NCBI GenBank assembly: GCA_038087875.1
Contig: CM075996.1
Location: 9,860,001 to 9,924,000, forward strand
Length of the DNA stretch: 64,000 nt
DNA from: Malacoraja senta
Lineage: Eukaryota
Reading direction: 5' to 3'
This document shows positions 1 to 10,949 of this stretch, piece by piece; positions within the stretch are counted from its first letter, which is position 1; the number at the start of each line of letters is the position of its first letter. The notes beneath the pieces were generated by a model. It was not told the origin of the DNA, searched no databases, and was given only the letters and a program-made list of their open reading frames with translations. The position numbers were made by a program, and so were the translations under genes.

Positions 1-141
1 CCTACGACTACCTACGACTACCTACGATTACCTACGACTATCTACGACTACTAACGACTACCTACGACTACCTACGATTACCTACGATTACCTACGACTA
101 CCATCACGACCTACTACGACCTACCTACAACCTACCTACGA
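1..141 (+). repeat. (CCTACGACTA)n 10-bp minisatellite inside the MITE
   Basis: About 13 tandem, partly degenerate units. Confidence 0.95.
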
Positions 142-377
142 GTAAAAAGTATCAATTTTTTCCATGACGACCTTTTTTTTTACTCGTGGACATTTTTTAT
201 CAGGCCGGATAAAACGCCGCGACCTACTTGAGGCCACGAGTACGCGGAGACCACTCACGAGCATGAGGAAGAGTTACGAAGACCTCCTACGACCTCGTGG
301 CCACCATGCTGCGAGTATGAGTCAAGGGCAAACTCGGCAGAGGTCGCCAATTAGGTCGTGAAAGTGGGACAGGGGCT
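1..377. mobile_element. PIF/Harbinger-type MITE, right part (left end outside window)
   Basis: Ends in AAGTGGGACAGGGGCT, a variant of the family TIR; body aligns by eye with the complete copy at 11839-12066. Confidence 0.75.
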
Positions 378-489
378 TGAAGAAGTCCTCAACATGAATG
401 TCCATTTCCTCCACAGATATTGCCTGACCCGCTGAGTTGCTGCAGCTCTTTGTGTCATGCTGGAGATTCCAGCATCCGCAGTTCCTTGT

Positions 490-940
490 GTCAGCATATT
501 TGCCTTTATTGCAGAGGGTTGGAGTTTCAGAAGTGGGTTACAGTTGTATAAGATGTTGGTGAGGCCACACCAGGAAACTATGCAAAGTTTGGTCCCCTTA
601 TCCGAGAAAGGATACAGCAACAAAGGAGATAGTTTAAGAGAGATTTGCGTTTAAGTGCTGTGATGAGAGGGTTGCCCGATCAAGAGAGGTTATACAGTTT
701 GAGTAGTATTTTCGAGGAGTTTAGTGGAATTGGGATGGGTGTGGTTATATCCAAACATAAAAAACCCGAAGCAGGTAGATGTTGAGATGGTGTCACTCTC
801 TGCCCCGAGAGTGCTGGGAGTCAGATTATTAGCTAAGTATAACGCAGATGTTGATGAATAATGGAGAGATTGAGGGTGTGGGACTGGTATAGGAAGGTGT
901 CGAGGCCAGCATGGTCAGCGATGATCATAGCGACTTGTGG
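490..940 (+). mobile_element. Old degenerate CR1 LINE 3' fragment
   Basis: Translates to FAFIAEG...LQLYKMLVRPH, homologous to LAFIAKG...LQLYRVLVRTH of the 4059-5759 ORF. Confidence 0.7.
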
Positions 941-1190
941 AGCCTGGTGACGTCACTTGTTTGTGGGTACTGGCCCTTAGATAGAGCTTTACAATTAGTC
1001 CCATTCATTCAACCTTTCCTCATGTCTGGAACTTCACTTGGCTAGGTCGGAAAGACAGACAAGGAAAGAGGAAGCTAGTCACCCACCCACCATACCCACC
1101 CACACCTCATGAGTGAGGGAGGGGGAGGGGGGGGGGGTCAATAAAACAATAAAGTAGTTCCAAAGGGGCATAATCCAGGCAGCATTCTGC

Positions 1191-1328
1191 TTCTTCTTCT
1201 TTCGTGTGGCGTGCACAGCCTAAAGTTGTAGGACAACTTGTTCTATTTGATCTTCCGTTTGTGCACGTCGAGTCGATTGCATTAGTCGAAACAGGGCTGA
1301 CCACGTGAAGGTTGCAATCTTCCACCCC
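1191..1328 (-). mobile_element. 138-bp non-autonomous retroelement (Ingi/Vingi-like) with ribozyme head and (GAA)n tail
   Basis: TSD AGCATTCTGC (1181-1190) / ATCATTCTGC (1329-1338); GAAGAAGAA tail on minus strand; interrupts a minus-strand CR1 fragment. Confidence 0.75.
1275..1328 (-). ncRNA. Minimal HDV/CPEB3-like self-cleaving ribozyme fold
   Basis: GGGGUGG-AA-GAUUGCA-ACC-UUCACGU-GGU-CAGCCCU-G-UUUCGA-CUAA-UGCAAUC: P1 6/7 with G1-U wobble, P2 7/7, P3 3/3, L3 UUCACGU, J4/2 CUAA. Confidence 0.8.
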
Positions 1329-1602
1329 ATCATTCTGCAAAAACCTCTTCTGCATCCTGTCCAAAGCCTCCACACCCTTGCTGTAAAAGATTGCACACAA
1401 TACTAGACAAACGTGGCCTGTCCACACTTAACACCTTTTATCACTCTATCTACTATGTTGGCACTTTCAGGGAGCTATGGACTTTAGTATAGTTTATTGT
1501 TTATCGTCACGTACAGTGAAAAGCTTTTATAGCATGCTAGCCTGTCAGCAGAAAAGCAATAAATACATGATTACAATCGAGCCATTTACAGAATATAGAT
1601 CC

Positions 1603-1950
1603 ATGTGGCTCAGCACTTCAACTCCCCCTCCCATTCTGAATCCGACCTTTCTGTCCTGGGCCTCCTCCATGGCCAGAGTGAGGCCCACCGTAAATTGGAG
1701 GAGCAGCACCTCATATTTTGCTTGGGCAGTTTACACCCCAGTGGTATGAACATTGACTTCTCCAATTTCAGGTAGTCCCTGCTCTCTACTCCCCTTCCCA
1801 GCTCTCCCACAGCCCACAGTCTCCGCCTCTTCCTTTCCTCTTCCTGCCCCCCCCCCACCCTCACATCAGTCTCGATCCGAAACGTCGCCTATTTTCTTCG
1901 CTCCATAGATGCTGCCTCACCCGCTGTTTCTCCAGCATTTTTGTCTACCT
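1603..1950 (+). mobile_element. Penelope-like element 3' fragment (GIY-YIG C-terminus, 3' UTR, partly deleted hammerhead)
   Basis: Near-identical to 47365-47690. Confidence 0.85.
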
Positions 1951-2264
1951 GATAATTTCTACAGATGCGCCATAGAAAGCATTTTATCAGCATGCATCAC
2001 AGCTTGGTTTGGGGAACAAGGTGCAAGGTTAAGCCAGTAAAGCCTGATGAAAGATAGTCCAAGGGTCACCAATGAGTTTAATAGTAGTTCAGAACTGCTC
2101 TCTGCTTGTGGTAGCATGGTTCAGCTGCCTTCCAGGGCAGCCTGGAAGAAACTGTTCTTGAATCTCGAAGGTACACAAAAATGCTGGAGAAACTCAGCGG
2201 GTGCAGCAGCATCTATGGAGCGAAGGAAATAGACAACGTTTCAGGCCGAAACCCTTCTTCAGAC

Positions 2265-2575
2265 TTGAGGTGTGCGCTATCAACTTTTGCCCGAGGAGAG
2301 GTGAGGGATTGGCCAGGGTGCGACTCGTCCTTGATTATGCTGCTGGCCTTGCCGAGGCAGCGAGATCTAGTAATAGAGTCAATAGAAGGGAGGTTGGTCT
2401 GTGTGATGGTCTGGGCTGCGTCCACAATTCGCTGCAATTCCTTGCGGTCTTGGATGGAGCTGTTCCCAAACCAAGCTGTGATGCATCGCGATAAAATGCT
2501 TTCTGGGGTGCATCTGTAGAAGTTGGTGAGAGTTGTGGGGACATGCTGAACTTCCTAAGCCTTCTAAGGAAGTAG
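2265..2575 (-). mobile_element. Rex1/Babar LINE ORF fragment
   Basis: QRIVDAAQTITQTNLPSIDSITRSRCLGKASSIIKDESHPG, homologous to the ORF at 62894-63256. Confidence 0.8.
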
Positions 2576-3319
2576 TTCCAAGGAATCTGGACACCAAGAT
2601 CCCTCTACATCAAAACTGTTGAGGAACAGGTGTGGGTAACATGGTGCTAAATAGTTCAGCCTTTTTAATTGATTACTTTTTTCAGTGGTGGGATGCTCTC
2701 ATAATTTTGCTCAGATGGATGAATCCGATCTTGTGCTACAGAGAGCAGCAGGCCACACTGCAGTGCCAAAAGGAGCAGATTTTACCCAGCACACCAGTTG
2801 TCATTCCTATTGAATGCATTCTCTCTGGATGCTCAGCAACATACTTAAGCTGTTGGCACCGGCCGCCCATATTAACGGCACAGACCACTGATTGTGCAAG
2901 GGATTGGTCTGACAGTACTGGCCTGAGCAGTATGGCACATGCACTCCACTGGTTTCTGAGCAGATGTTAGGCCAAAAGATGGATACCTCAGTGTATAGGC
3001 AGGAACTACCGACTACTGAACTGTCAGTCTGCTCTATGACCAGGTGTGGATTTAAAGATAATGAAACAAAAGAGCCAGGAGCAATGGGGGCAGGGTGAGA
3101 TGGAATTACTTTTAATATTGCATGCATTGATATGTACATTTCGAATGTGCTGCTTCATAGAGGGTTGGAAGCAGATTCAGAAACAGCTTTTTTTAGATAG
3201 AGTAGAAAGTTGTCGAAGGATACGGCGGGACCTAAATAGCTGGAAAGTTGGACAGAGTGGCAGCAAATGGAATTTAATCCAGGCAAGTGCTGGGTGATGG
3301 ATTTTGGAAGGTCAAATTC

Positions 3320-3885
3320 TGGCGATTGTTTCGTTGAACACCTTTGCTCAGTCCACCTAAACCTACCTGATCTCCTGGTTGCTAAACACTTGAACTCCCC
3401 CTCCCATTCCCATACTGACCTTTCAGTCCTGGGCCTCTTCCATTGTCAGAGTGAGGTCCAGCACAAATTGGAGGAACAGCATCTCATATTTCACTTGGCA
3501 CCTTACACCCCAGCGGTATGAATATTGACTTATTTAACTTAATATAACCCTTGCTTTCCCTCTCTTTCCATCCCTCCCCCTTCCTAGTTCTCCGACCAGT
3601 CTGACAGTTCCCCTAATTAAATTGTATCTCTGTATGCAATGTTGTCACCTTCTCTTAATTAACAATGATCTGTCCTGCATTTTTCTTGACCTCCACCCCC
3701 CATTGATGTCTCATTTTCACACCTTACACTTCCTTATATCGGTGCCTCCCTCTCCCCTGACTCTGTCTGAAGAAGGGTCTCAATCTGAAATGTCACCCAT
3801 TTGTTTTCTCCAGAGATGCTGCCTGTGAGTTACTCCGGCATTTTGTGTCAGTCTTCGGTGTAAACTAGCATCTGCAGTTCCTTCC
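3320..3885 (+). mobile_element. Penelope-like element 3' fragment
   Basis: GDCFVEHL...KHLNSPSHSHTDLSVLGL...KLEEQHLIF followed by 3' UTR and degenerate hammerhead at about 3767-3795. Confidence 0.85.
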
Positions 3886-4018
3886 TATTCATAAAAGGAA
3901 AATCATGTTTAACAATTGTGCATGAATTCTTTGAGGATGTAACCATCAGAATTGATAGAGGAGAACATAGATGTGGTGGATTTGGACTTTCAAAAGACAT
4001 TTGACAAGGTGCACCATA
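3886..4018 (+). mobile_element. Old CR1 RT fragment (piece 1 of a disrupted element)
   Basis: KGKSCLT...EFFEDVT...DFQKTFDKV-like sequence with frameshifts; continues at 5858. Confidence 0.75.
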
Positions 4019-4020
4019 AA

Positions 4021-5857
4021 ATACCAGAAAGAGATTAGTTAAAACAAATGTAGGTCCCTTGCAGTCAGAAACAGGTGAATTGATCATGGGGAACAAGGAT
4101 ATGGCGGACCAATTGAATAACTACTTTGGTTCCGTCTTCACTAAGGAAGACATAAATAATCTGCCGGAAATAGCAGGGGGCCGCGGGTCAAAGGAGATGG
4201 AGGAACTGAGTGAAATCCAGGTTAGTCGGGAAGTGGTGTTGGGTAAATTGAATGGATTAAAGGCCGATAAATCACCAGGGCCAGATAGGCTGCATCCCAG
4301 AGTACTTAAGGAAGTAGCTCCAGAAATAGTGGATGCATTAGTGATAATTTTTCAAAACTCTTTAGATTCTGGAGTAGTTCCTGAGGATTGGAGGGTAGCA
4401 AACGTAACCCCACTTTTTAAGAAGGGAGGGAGAGAGAAAACGGGGAATTACAGACCAGTTAGTCTAACATCGGTAGTGGGGAAACTGCTAGAGTCAGTTA
4501 TTAAAGATGGGATAGCAGCACATTTGGAAAGTGGTGAAATCATTGGACAAAATCAGCATGGATTTACGAAAGGTAAATCGTGTCTGACGAATCTTATAGA
4601 ATTTTTCGAGGATGTAACTAGTAGAGTGGATAGGGGAGAACCAGTGGATGTGTTGTATCTGGACTTTCAGAAGGCTTTCGACAAGGTACCACATAAGAGA
4701 TTAGTATACAAACTTAAAGCACACGGTATTGGGGGTTCAGTATTGATGTGGATAGAGAACTGGCTGGCAAACAGGAAGCAAAGAGTAGGAGTAAACGGGT
4801 CCTTTTCACAATGGCAGGCAGTGACTAGTGGGGTACCGCAAGGCTCAGTGCTGGGACCCCAGCTATTTACAATTTATATTAATGACCTGGATGAGGGAAT
4901 TGAAGGCAACATCTCCAAGTTTGCGGATGACACTAAGCTGGGGGGCAGTGTTAGCTGTGAGGAGGATGCTAGGAGACTGCAAGGTGATTTGGATAGGCTG
5001 GGTGAGTGGGCAAATGTTTGGCAGATGCAGTATAATGTGGATAAATGTGAGGTTATCCACTTTGGTGACAAAAACAGGAAAGCAGACTATTATCTAAATG
5101 GTGGCCGATTAGGAAATGGGGAGATGCAGCGAGACCTGGGTGTCATGGTACACCAGTCATTGAAAGTAGGCATGCAGGTGCAGCAGGCAGTGAAGAAAGC
5201 GAATGGTATGTTAGCTTTCATCGCAAAAGGATTTGAGTATAGGAGCAGGGAGGTTCTACTGCAGTTGTACAGGGTCTTGGTGAGAACACACCTGGAGTAT
5301 TGGGTACAGTTTTGGTCTCCAAATCTGAGGAAGGACATTATAGCCATAGAGGGAGTGCAGAGAAGGTTCACCAGACTGATACCTGGGATGTCAGGACTTT
5401 CATATGAAGAAAGACTGGATAGACTTGGCTTATACTCGCTAGAATTTAGGAGATTGAGAGGGGTTCTTATAGAAACGTACAAAATTCTTATGGGGTTGGA
5501 CAGGCTAGATGCAGGAAGATTGTTCCCGATGTTGGGGAAGTCCAGGACAAGGGGTCACAGCTTAAGGATAAGGGGGAAATCCTTTAAGACCGAGATGAGG
5601 AAAAACTTTTTCACACAGAGAGTGGTGAATCTCTGGAACTCTCTGCCACAGAGGGTAGTTGAGGCCAGTTCATTGGCTATATTTAAGAGGGAGTTAGATG
5701 TGGCCCTTGTGGCTAAAGGGATCAGGGGGTATGGAGAGAAGGCAGGTTCGGGATACTGAGTTGGATGATCAGCCATGATCATATTGAATGGTGGTGCAGG
5801 CTCGAAGGGCCGAATGACCTACTCCTGCACCTATTTTCTATGAATCTATGTATCTAT
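4021..5857 (+). mobile_element. Young 5'-truncated CR1-clade LINE
   Basis: Uninterrupted ORF2 portion, short 3' UTR and CTATG-type microsatellite tail at about 5831-5857. Confidence 0.95.
4059..5759 (+). CDS. CR1 ORF2 reverse transcriptase region (no endonuclease, 5'-truncated)
   Basis: 566 aa with KSPGPD, NYRPVSLTS, QHGF, YLDFQKAFDKVPH, SGVPQGSVLGP, KFADDTKL and TRGH motifs. Confidence 0.93.
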   Translation: MQSETGELIMGNKDMADQLNNYFGSVFTKEDINNLPEIAGGRGSKEMEELSEIQVSREVVLGKLNGLKADKSPGPDRLHPRVLKEVAPEIVDALVIIFQNSLDSGVVPEDWRVANVTPLFKKGGREKTGNYRPVSLTSVVGKLLESVIKDGIAAHLESGEIIGQNQHGFTKGKSCLTNLIEFFEDVTSRVDRGEPVDVLYLDFQKAFDKVPHKRLVYKLKAHGIGGSVLMWIENWLANRKQRVGVNGSFSQWQAVTSGVPQGSVLGPQLFTIYINDLDEGIEGNISKFADDTKLGGSVSCEEDARRLQGDLDRLGEWANVWQMQYNVDKCEVIHFGDKNRKADYYLNGGRLGNGEMQRDLGVMVHQSLKVGMQVQQAVKKANGMLAFIAKGFEYRSREVLLQLYRVLVRTHLEYWVQFWSPNLRKDIIAIEGVQRRFTRLIPGMSGLSYEERLDRLGLYSLEFRRLRGVLIETYKILMGLDRLDAGRLFPMLGKSRTRGHSLRIRGKSFKTEMRKNFFTQRVVNLWNSLPQRVVEASSLAIFKRELDVALVAKGIRGYGEKAGSGY

Positions 5858-6010
5858 AAATTGACAGATCATGGTATTAGATGAAGTGTGTTAGCATGGA
5901 CTGAAAATCCATTATCAATTGGAAAGCACAGAATTGGAATAAATTTGTGTTTTTCGAGTGGAAAACTGTAACAAATTGAGCACCCCAGGCATCAGATTTA
6001 GCCCAGAGTT
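5858..6010 (+). mobile_element. Old CR1 RT fragment (piece 2)
   Basis: KL..HGI...LAWTEN...RIGIN...PQ.S.L.P-like degenerate sequence colinear with 3886-4018. Confidence 0.65.
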
Positions 6011-6012
6011 AT

Positions 6013-6313
6013 GGCGGCACGGTGGCAGAGTGGTAGAGTTGCTGCCTTACAGCGAATGCAGCGCCGGAGACCTGGGTTCGATCCCGACTATGGGTGCTGT
6101 CTCCCATAGTACGTTCTCCCCGTGATCTGCGTGGGTTTTCTCAAGAGATCTTTGGTTTCCTCCCACACTCCAAAGACGTACAGGTTTGTAGGTTAATTGG
6201 CTTGGTAAATGTAAAAGATTGTCCCGAATGGGTGTCGGATAGTGTTAATATGTCGGCGAGGACCCGGTGGGCCGAAGGACCTGTTTCCGCGCTGTATCTC
6301 TAAACTACACTAA
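6013..6313 (+). mobile_element. tRNA-derived V-SINE (HE1-like)
   Basis: A-box TGGCAGAGTGG, B-box GGTTCGATCCC, central CGTTCTCCCCGTG...GGTTTCCTCCCACACTCCAAAGAC domain, CR1-like tail. Confidence 0.9.
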
Positions 6314-6432
6314 GTTGACCAGAAACTGTCCTGGAGGAGGCATATACAAAAGTAAGAAGTTAGAAATCCTATAATGAGAACTGGCCTCCTAACTCCCCCA
6401 GAACCTGCCGCCTCATGTACAAGGCACGACAG

Positions 6433-7038
6433 AAATCACAATCACAATCACAATAATACTTTATTGGCCAAGTATGTTTTGCAACATACGAGGAATTTCA
6501 TTTGCCAAGTCAATCATACAATAAAAAGCAACGGAACACACAAAACACATTTTAACATAAACATCCACCACAGTGACTCCTCCACATTCCTCACTGTGGT
6601 GGAAGGTGAAAATAAAGTTCAATCTCTTCCCTTTGTGCTCTCCCGCGGTCGGGGGCCTTGAGCCCTCCTTTGACAGGACGATCTTGACCCCCGTAGCCAG
6701 CAGCGTTTTTGGCCCTCCACATTGGGGTGATCAGCTCCTGCATCGGGGGGTATGTCAGCTCCCCCGCGTCGGCGATCAAACCCCGCGACAGGGCTGGTCG
6801 AACCTTCCGCGACGTTGGAGCTTCCCGACTCGGCCTCTCCCGGGACTGCGAGCTCCCGATGTAAAGTCCGCCGGCCGCGGTTGGAGCGATCCCAGACAAG
6901 CGATCGACCGATGTTAAGTCCACGCCCCGCGGTGGGGCCCAAGGTCAGTCCGAGGAGGCCTCCAGCTCCATCGATGGTAGGCCGCAGAGCGACCGGAGAC
7001 ACGATCCGAAAAGTAATCGCATCTCCAGCAAGGTAAAT
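6433..7038 (-). mobile_element. GC-rich non-autonomous retroelement with Rex1-type 3' end
   Basis: Minus-strand tail AAATTCCTCGTATG...ATACTTGGCCAATAAA then (TTGTGA)n; internal hairpin 6564-6602. Confidence 0.7.
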
Positions 7039-7039
7039 G

Positions 7040-7495
7040 TGATGGAAGCCTGGATGAGTGCTGCTTCTACAACACTGAAGATGCTCAATCAACATCATAC
7101 AGCACATAGCAACCCACATGATAGGCACCCCATCCATATCAATCCACTCACTTCACCACTGACGCACAGTTCCATCCGATTGTATTATCTACAGGATACA
7201 CAGCAACAAGTCACCAAGTCTCCCTAGACAGCACCTTACAAACCCATGACCTCTTTTAGGACAAATGCAGCAACAAACTGGAGGTGTCGCTCAAAGTCAC
7301 ACTTGGCCATTCCTTCACCATTGTAGGGTCCCTGGAATCCATTCACTATCACTTTTAGGTATAGCTGCACCCCGATGACTGCTGATGTTTGAGAAGGCAG
7401 TTTGCAAACACCAATCCAATGGCAATTAGGGATGAGCAATTAAATGCTGGCTCAGATTACGAAGTTCACATCCCTTGACTGAACAAAACAAAAAA
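7040..7495 (+). mobile_element. Old CR1-like LINE 3' end (second family)
   Basis: Ends GGCAATTAGGGATGAGCAATTAAATGCTGG...CACATCCC plus A-rich tail; related pieces at 14080-15600. Confidence 0.6.
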
Positions 7496-7679
7496 TGACC
7501 AGCTATTTATATTAATGTCCTGTAGGAGGGAGCAGAATGCTTGCCGGTGATATAAAAATAGGTGGAAGACCAAGTTGTGATGGAAATATTGTTAATCTGC
7601 TATAAAATATAGGTCAGATAAGGTAGTGGCTGAAAACTTGGCAATGTGGGAAAGTATGAGGACATGGACTTGGATAAGT

Positions 7680-8033
7680 TTGAACCCTACGTTTGGGCAT
7701 CTGTGTAGGGCCAGTAATGTCCAGCCACCCAATCTCCTGTTCGGGGAAGACCTGAGTAAACAGGTGAAAGACTTGCACGATGAATCCAAAGCTGTAGGAT
7801 TAATTAAAGCATCTCCTATGGGCAAGTCTCTGCTCTATCGGCGTCAGCACCCCTACGCCTCCACTAGCAATAAGCGGTTTGCTGAAGCTAGTAGCAGCTC
7901 TAGATTTGATCTACCCGGGCATAGGTCTTTTTTAGGCCAAGGCCCGTCCCGGCCATCATGGAAAATGCGCAATCCTCGCGCCCCAGCAGCTCAATTCTCC
8001 AAAGCAAGGGGAAGGAAACAGAACCAGTATTAG
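7680..8033 (+). pseudogene. DIRS gag-like ORF C-terminal remnant
   Basis: LNPTFGHLC...LLFGEDLSKQVKDL motif typical of DIRS ORF1, followed by basic tail. Confidence 0.65.
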
Positions 8034-8119
8034 GGCCCGTTGGGCCTGCTATCGGACCACCGGTAACCGTGGAGGTAGGTGGGTCTGGTTCTTTCAGTAA
8101 CATGGGGTGTGTGGAACAG

Positions 8120-9565
8120 TTACAAGTTGGTGGTAGATGAAACTTGTTTTTGCATGAATGGCGGTGGATAACTGGATCCGTTTATATTGCACAGTATAAA
8201 GGGGTTCAAAATTGAATTTTTACCTAACTCATATCCACCCACACAACATACGCCAAGTCGGTCGTATATTCATTCCAAACAAGAGGTTTTGGATATACAA
8301 GCAGAAATACAAACATTGCACAAAAAAGGTGTAATTGAGAGATCAAAATATGAAAAATATCAATACGTCTAATATATTCTCTAGGCAAAAGAAAGATTGG
8401 GATGCCGTATCATCCTTGATTTGACACAACTCAACTCATATGTGCAGTATAGACATTTTAAAATGGAGAATTTCTTTACTGTTAAGCAACTAATTTCTGA
8501 GGGCTGCTTTATGGCATGCATCGATCTCAAAGATGCATATTATTCAGTCCAATTCACAAGGATCACCGGAGATATCTCAAATTTAGCTGGATGGGGCAGC
8601 TATGGCAGTTTAAAGCTAATGGATTAACCTCAGCTCCTAGGTTATTTACAAAACTGCTGAAGCCGGTGCTCGGCCTGCTCAGAGCTCAAGAGCATATTGT
8701 TATGGGCTATTTGGATGATATCCTAATCATAGGAAGAACACTACATTTGGCTAAACTAGCTGTTTCAGCCACGAAGCTCATATTTGAGAAATTGGGGTTT
8801 CTCAACCATCCAGTCAAATAAAGGTTGATACCAACAAGGGTTATTGATTATTTAGGGTTTACTATTAACTCTATAGAAATGTCTGTGACCCTGCCCTGGG
8901 GAAAGAGATTAGAATTAATAGATGGATGTAATAACCTTCTTTTTACGGAGCAGCCATCTATTCACCAGGTGGCTAGTGTAATTGACAAAATGGTGGCTGT
9001 TTTGCCAGCTGCTAAATTTGGGTCTTTGCATTATCAAAATCTGCAAGCACTTAAATCCCATTTAGGTCATTTTGACAGACCTATGCAATTATCGGCAGAA
9101 TCTATAACAGAGTTACAATGTTGGACGACCAATATTCAGCATTGCTCCGGTGACATTTTGTTTAGTAAACCTTCAATTGTACTACTAACTGATGCAAGTG
9201 CACAGGGATGGGGAGCTCCTAATACCATCTCTAGTTGCAGCGGCAGATGGGATATGCACGAGTTACCATTTATCCATCTATATGGTATCAACTACCTGGA
9301 AATGCTGGGGGCGTTCCATGGTTTAAAGGCTTACTGTGGGAAAATGCATGATCTGCATGTTCGACTTCAAATTGATAACACTACAGCGGTGGCATATATT
9401 AATCATATGGGCGGATTCAAATCAGTATCCTGTGATAGTTTAGCTAATCTCATTTGGAGCTGGTGTATTGAAAGGAGGATTTGGATCTCAGCTACCTACT
9501 TGCCAGGTAGGTTTAACACGGAGGCAGACACTAGATCACGTAAATTTAATGATAACACGGAATGA
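8120..9565 (+). pseudogene. DIRS reverse transcriptase-RNase H (frameshifts and stops)
   Basis: VGG(R), RIILDL, IDLKDAY, GLTSAPRLFTKLLKPV, YLDDILI, TDASAQGWGA, INYLEM, DNTTAVAYINHMGG, NTEADTRSR. Confidence 0.92.
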
Positions 9566-9976
9566 ATGTTAGATCACAAAGTGTTTAACGACATTATTGC
9601 TCGATATGGAATGCCTGATATTGATTTGTTTGCATCCAGGCATAATCACCAGTTGCCAAAATATGTTGCATGGGAGCCAGACCCAGGGGCGGTAGCTATA
9701 GATGCATTCTCGTTACACTGGGGAGGAAGGTTCTTCTATGCCTTCCCTCCATTTTGCCTCATCAACCGGTGCTTGCAAAAAATTAAGCACGACTCCGCTT
9801 CAGGTATTTTAGTAGTGCCTGACTGGCCTACGCAGCCATGGTTCCCTTTGATGTTAGGAATGCTAACAGAACCATATATGGTTATCAGTAAGCGTAAAGA
9901 CTTGCTTGTTCATCCCGTATCTCAGGAATCTCATCCTCTGCATGACAAGATCAACCTATTGATTTGCAGAGTTTAA
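9566..9976 (+). pseudogene. DIRS Dam-like N6-adenine methyltransferase domain
   Basis: DIDLFAS..N, DAFSLHW, YAFPPF, VVPDWPTQPWFP; same frame as RNase H, separated by one TGA (9563-9565). Confidence 0.88.
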
Positions 9977-10926
9977 GAAGATCTTTTCTGGGACTCAGAT
10001 TATCTGACCGAACGGTGGACGTGATCACTGCAGTTGGCGGGACAGTACCAAGAAGCAGTACATTTCCTACATTAAACTATGGGAAGTTTTTTGTGTTAAT
10101 TCAAATACAACTTATAGTACGGCAGATATAGCCGATGTCTTAGAATTTCTTTCGATGTTATTTTTCGATAGAAAATTAAGTTATAGTGCTATCAACACTG
10201 CTAGAAGTGCTTTATCATCATACTTGCTACTGGGATCGGGACACCATTCTGTCGGGTCTCATCCTTTGGTATCCAAATTTATGAGGGGTATCTTTAACAA
10301 AACCCCTCCCAGGCCCAGATACACGGAAGTATGGGACGTTAACGTACTGTTAACACTGCTTCGTGGTTGGGCCCCAGCCGCATCTTTATCTTTGGTCCGG
10401 CTCACCTATAAAGTAATAATGCTCATGGCGCTTGTTTCAGCGCAACGTGTCCAGTCATTGCATAAATTAAGGCTGGATAGGACAGTTATGTCTAACAATA
10501 AGATAACGTTTTACATAAATAAGCATAGTGCTAGGTCTTAAGCTGGAGTTTTTAGCATATCCAACTGATCGTAGGTTATGTGTTGTCACGTATATTAAAC
10601 AATATATAAAGGTTACGAAGGACCTTCGAGGCACTGAACTGGCTATGTTCATCAGTCACAGAAAATCACACAAAAGGGTATCGGTGCAGACCGTTTCTCG
10701 ATGGTTGAGACATGTATTAGCTTTCGCAGGAGTGGACACTGATGTATTTAAATCTCACTCTACGAGGGCTGCAACAACATCGGCAGCAAGATTCATGGAA
10801 GTTCCGCTGGACCGCATCCTAGCGACAGCAGGATGGTCGAATGAGCGGACTTTTCAAGCTTTTTACAATAAGCCTATTGCTAGGCCTGGTTCGTTAGCTA
10901 ATACAATTTTGAGTTCTGTTAAATAA
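9960..10926 (+). pseudogene. DIRS tyrosine recombinase (frameshifted)
   Basis: SYSAINTARSALS, PRYTEVWDV, ALVSAQRVQSL, FKSHSTRAA (HxxR), AGWS...FY. Confidence 0.92.
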
Positions 10927-10949
10927 TCTATTCTTTTCCCTGATGTAAG

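Noticed and set aside
6013..6090. SINE heads as tRNA genes
   Set aside because: A/B boxes are present but there is no closed acceptor stem, and each continues into the V domain and LINE-like tail
6573..7137. Overlapping GC-rich ORFs (also 18113-18663, 37227-37885, 39461-40271)
   Set aside because: Expected in stop-poor GC-rich repeats; no domain motifs and frames not conserved between copies
9566..10926. Dam-like methylase next to an integrase as prophage, bacterial contamination or defence system
   Set aside because: Both are standard parts of DIRS1-like retrotransposons, are contiguous with DIRS RT/RNase H and ICR, and sit among vertebrate repeats
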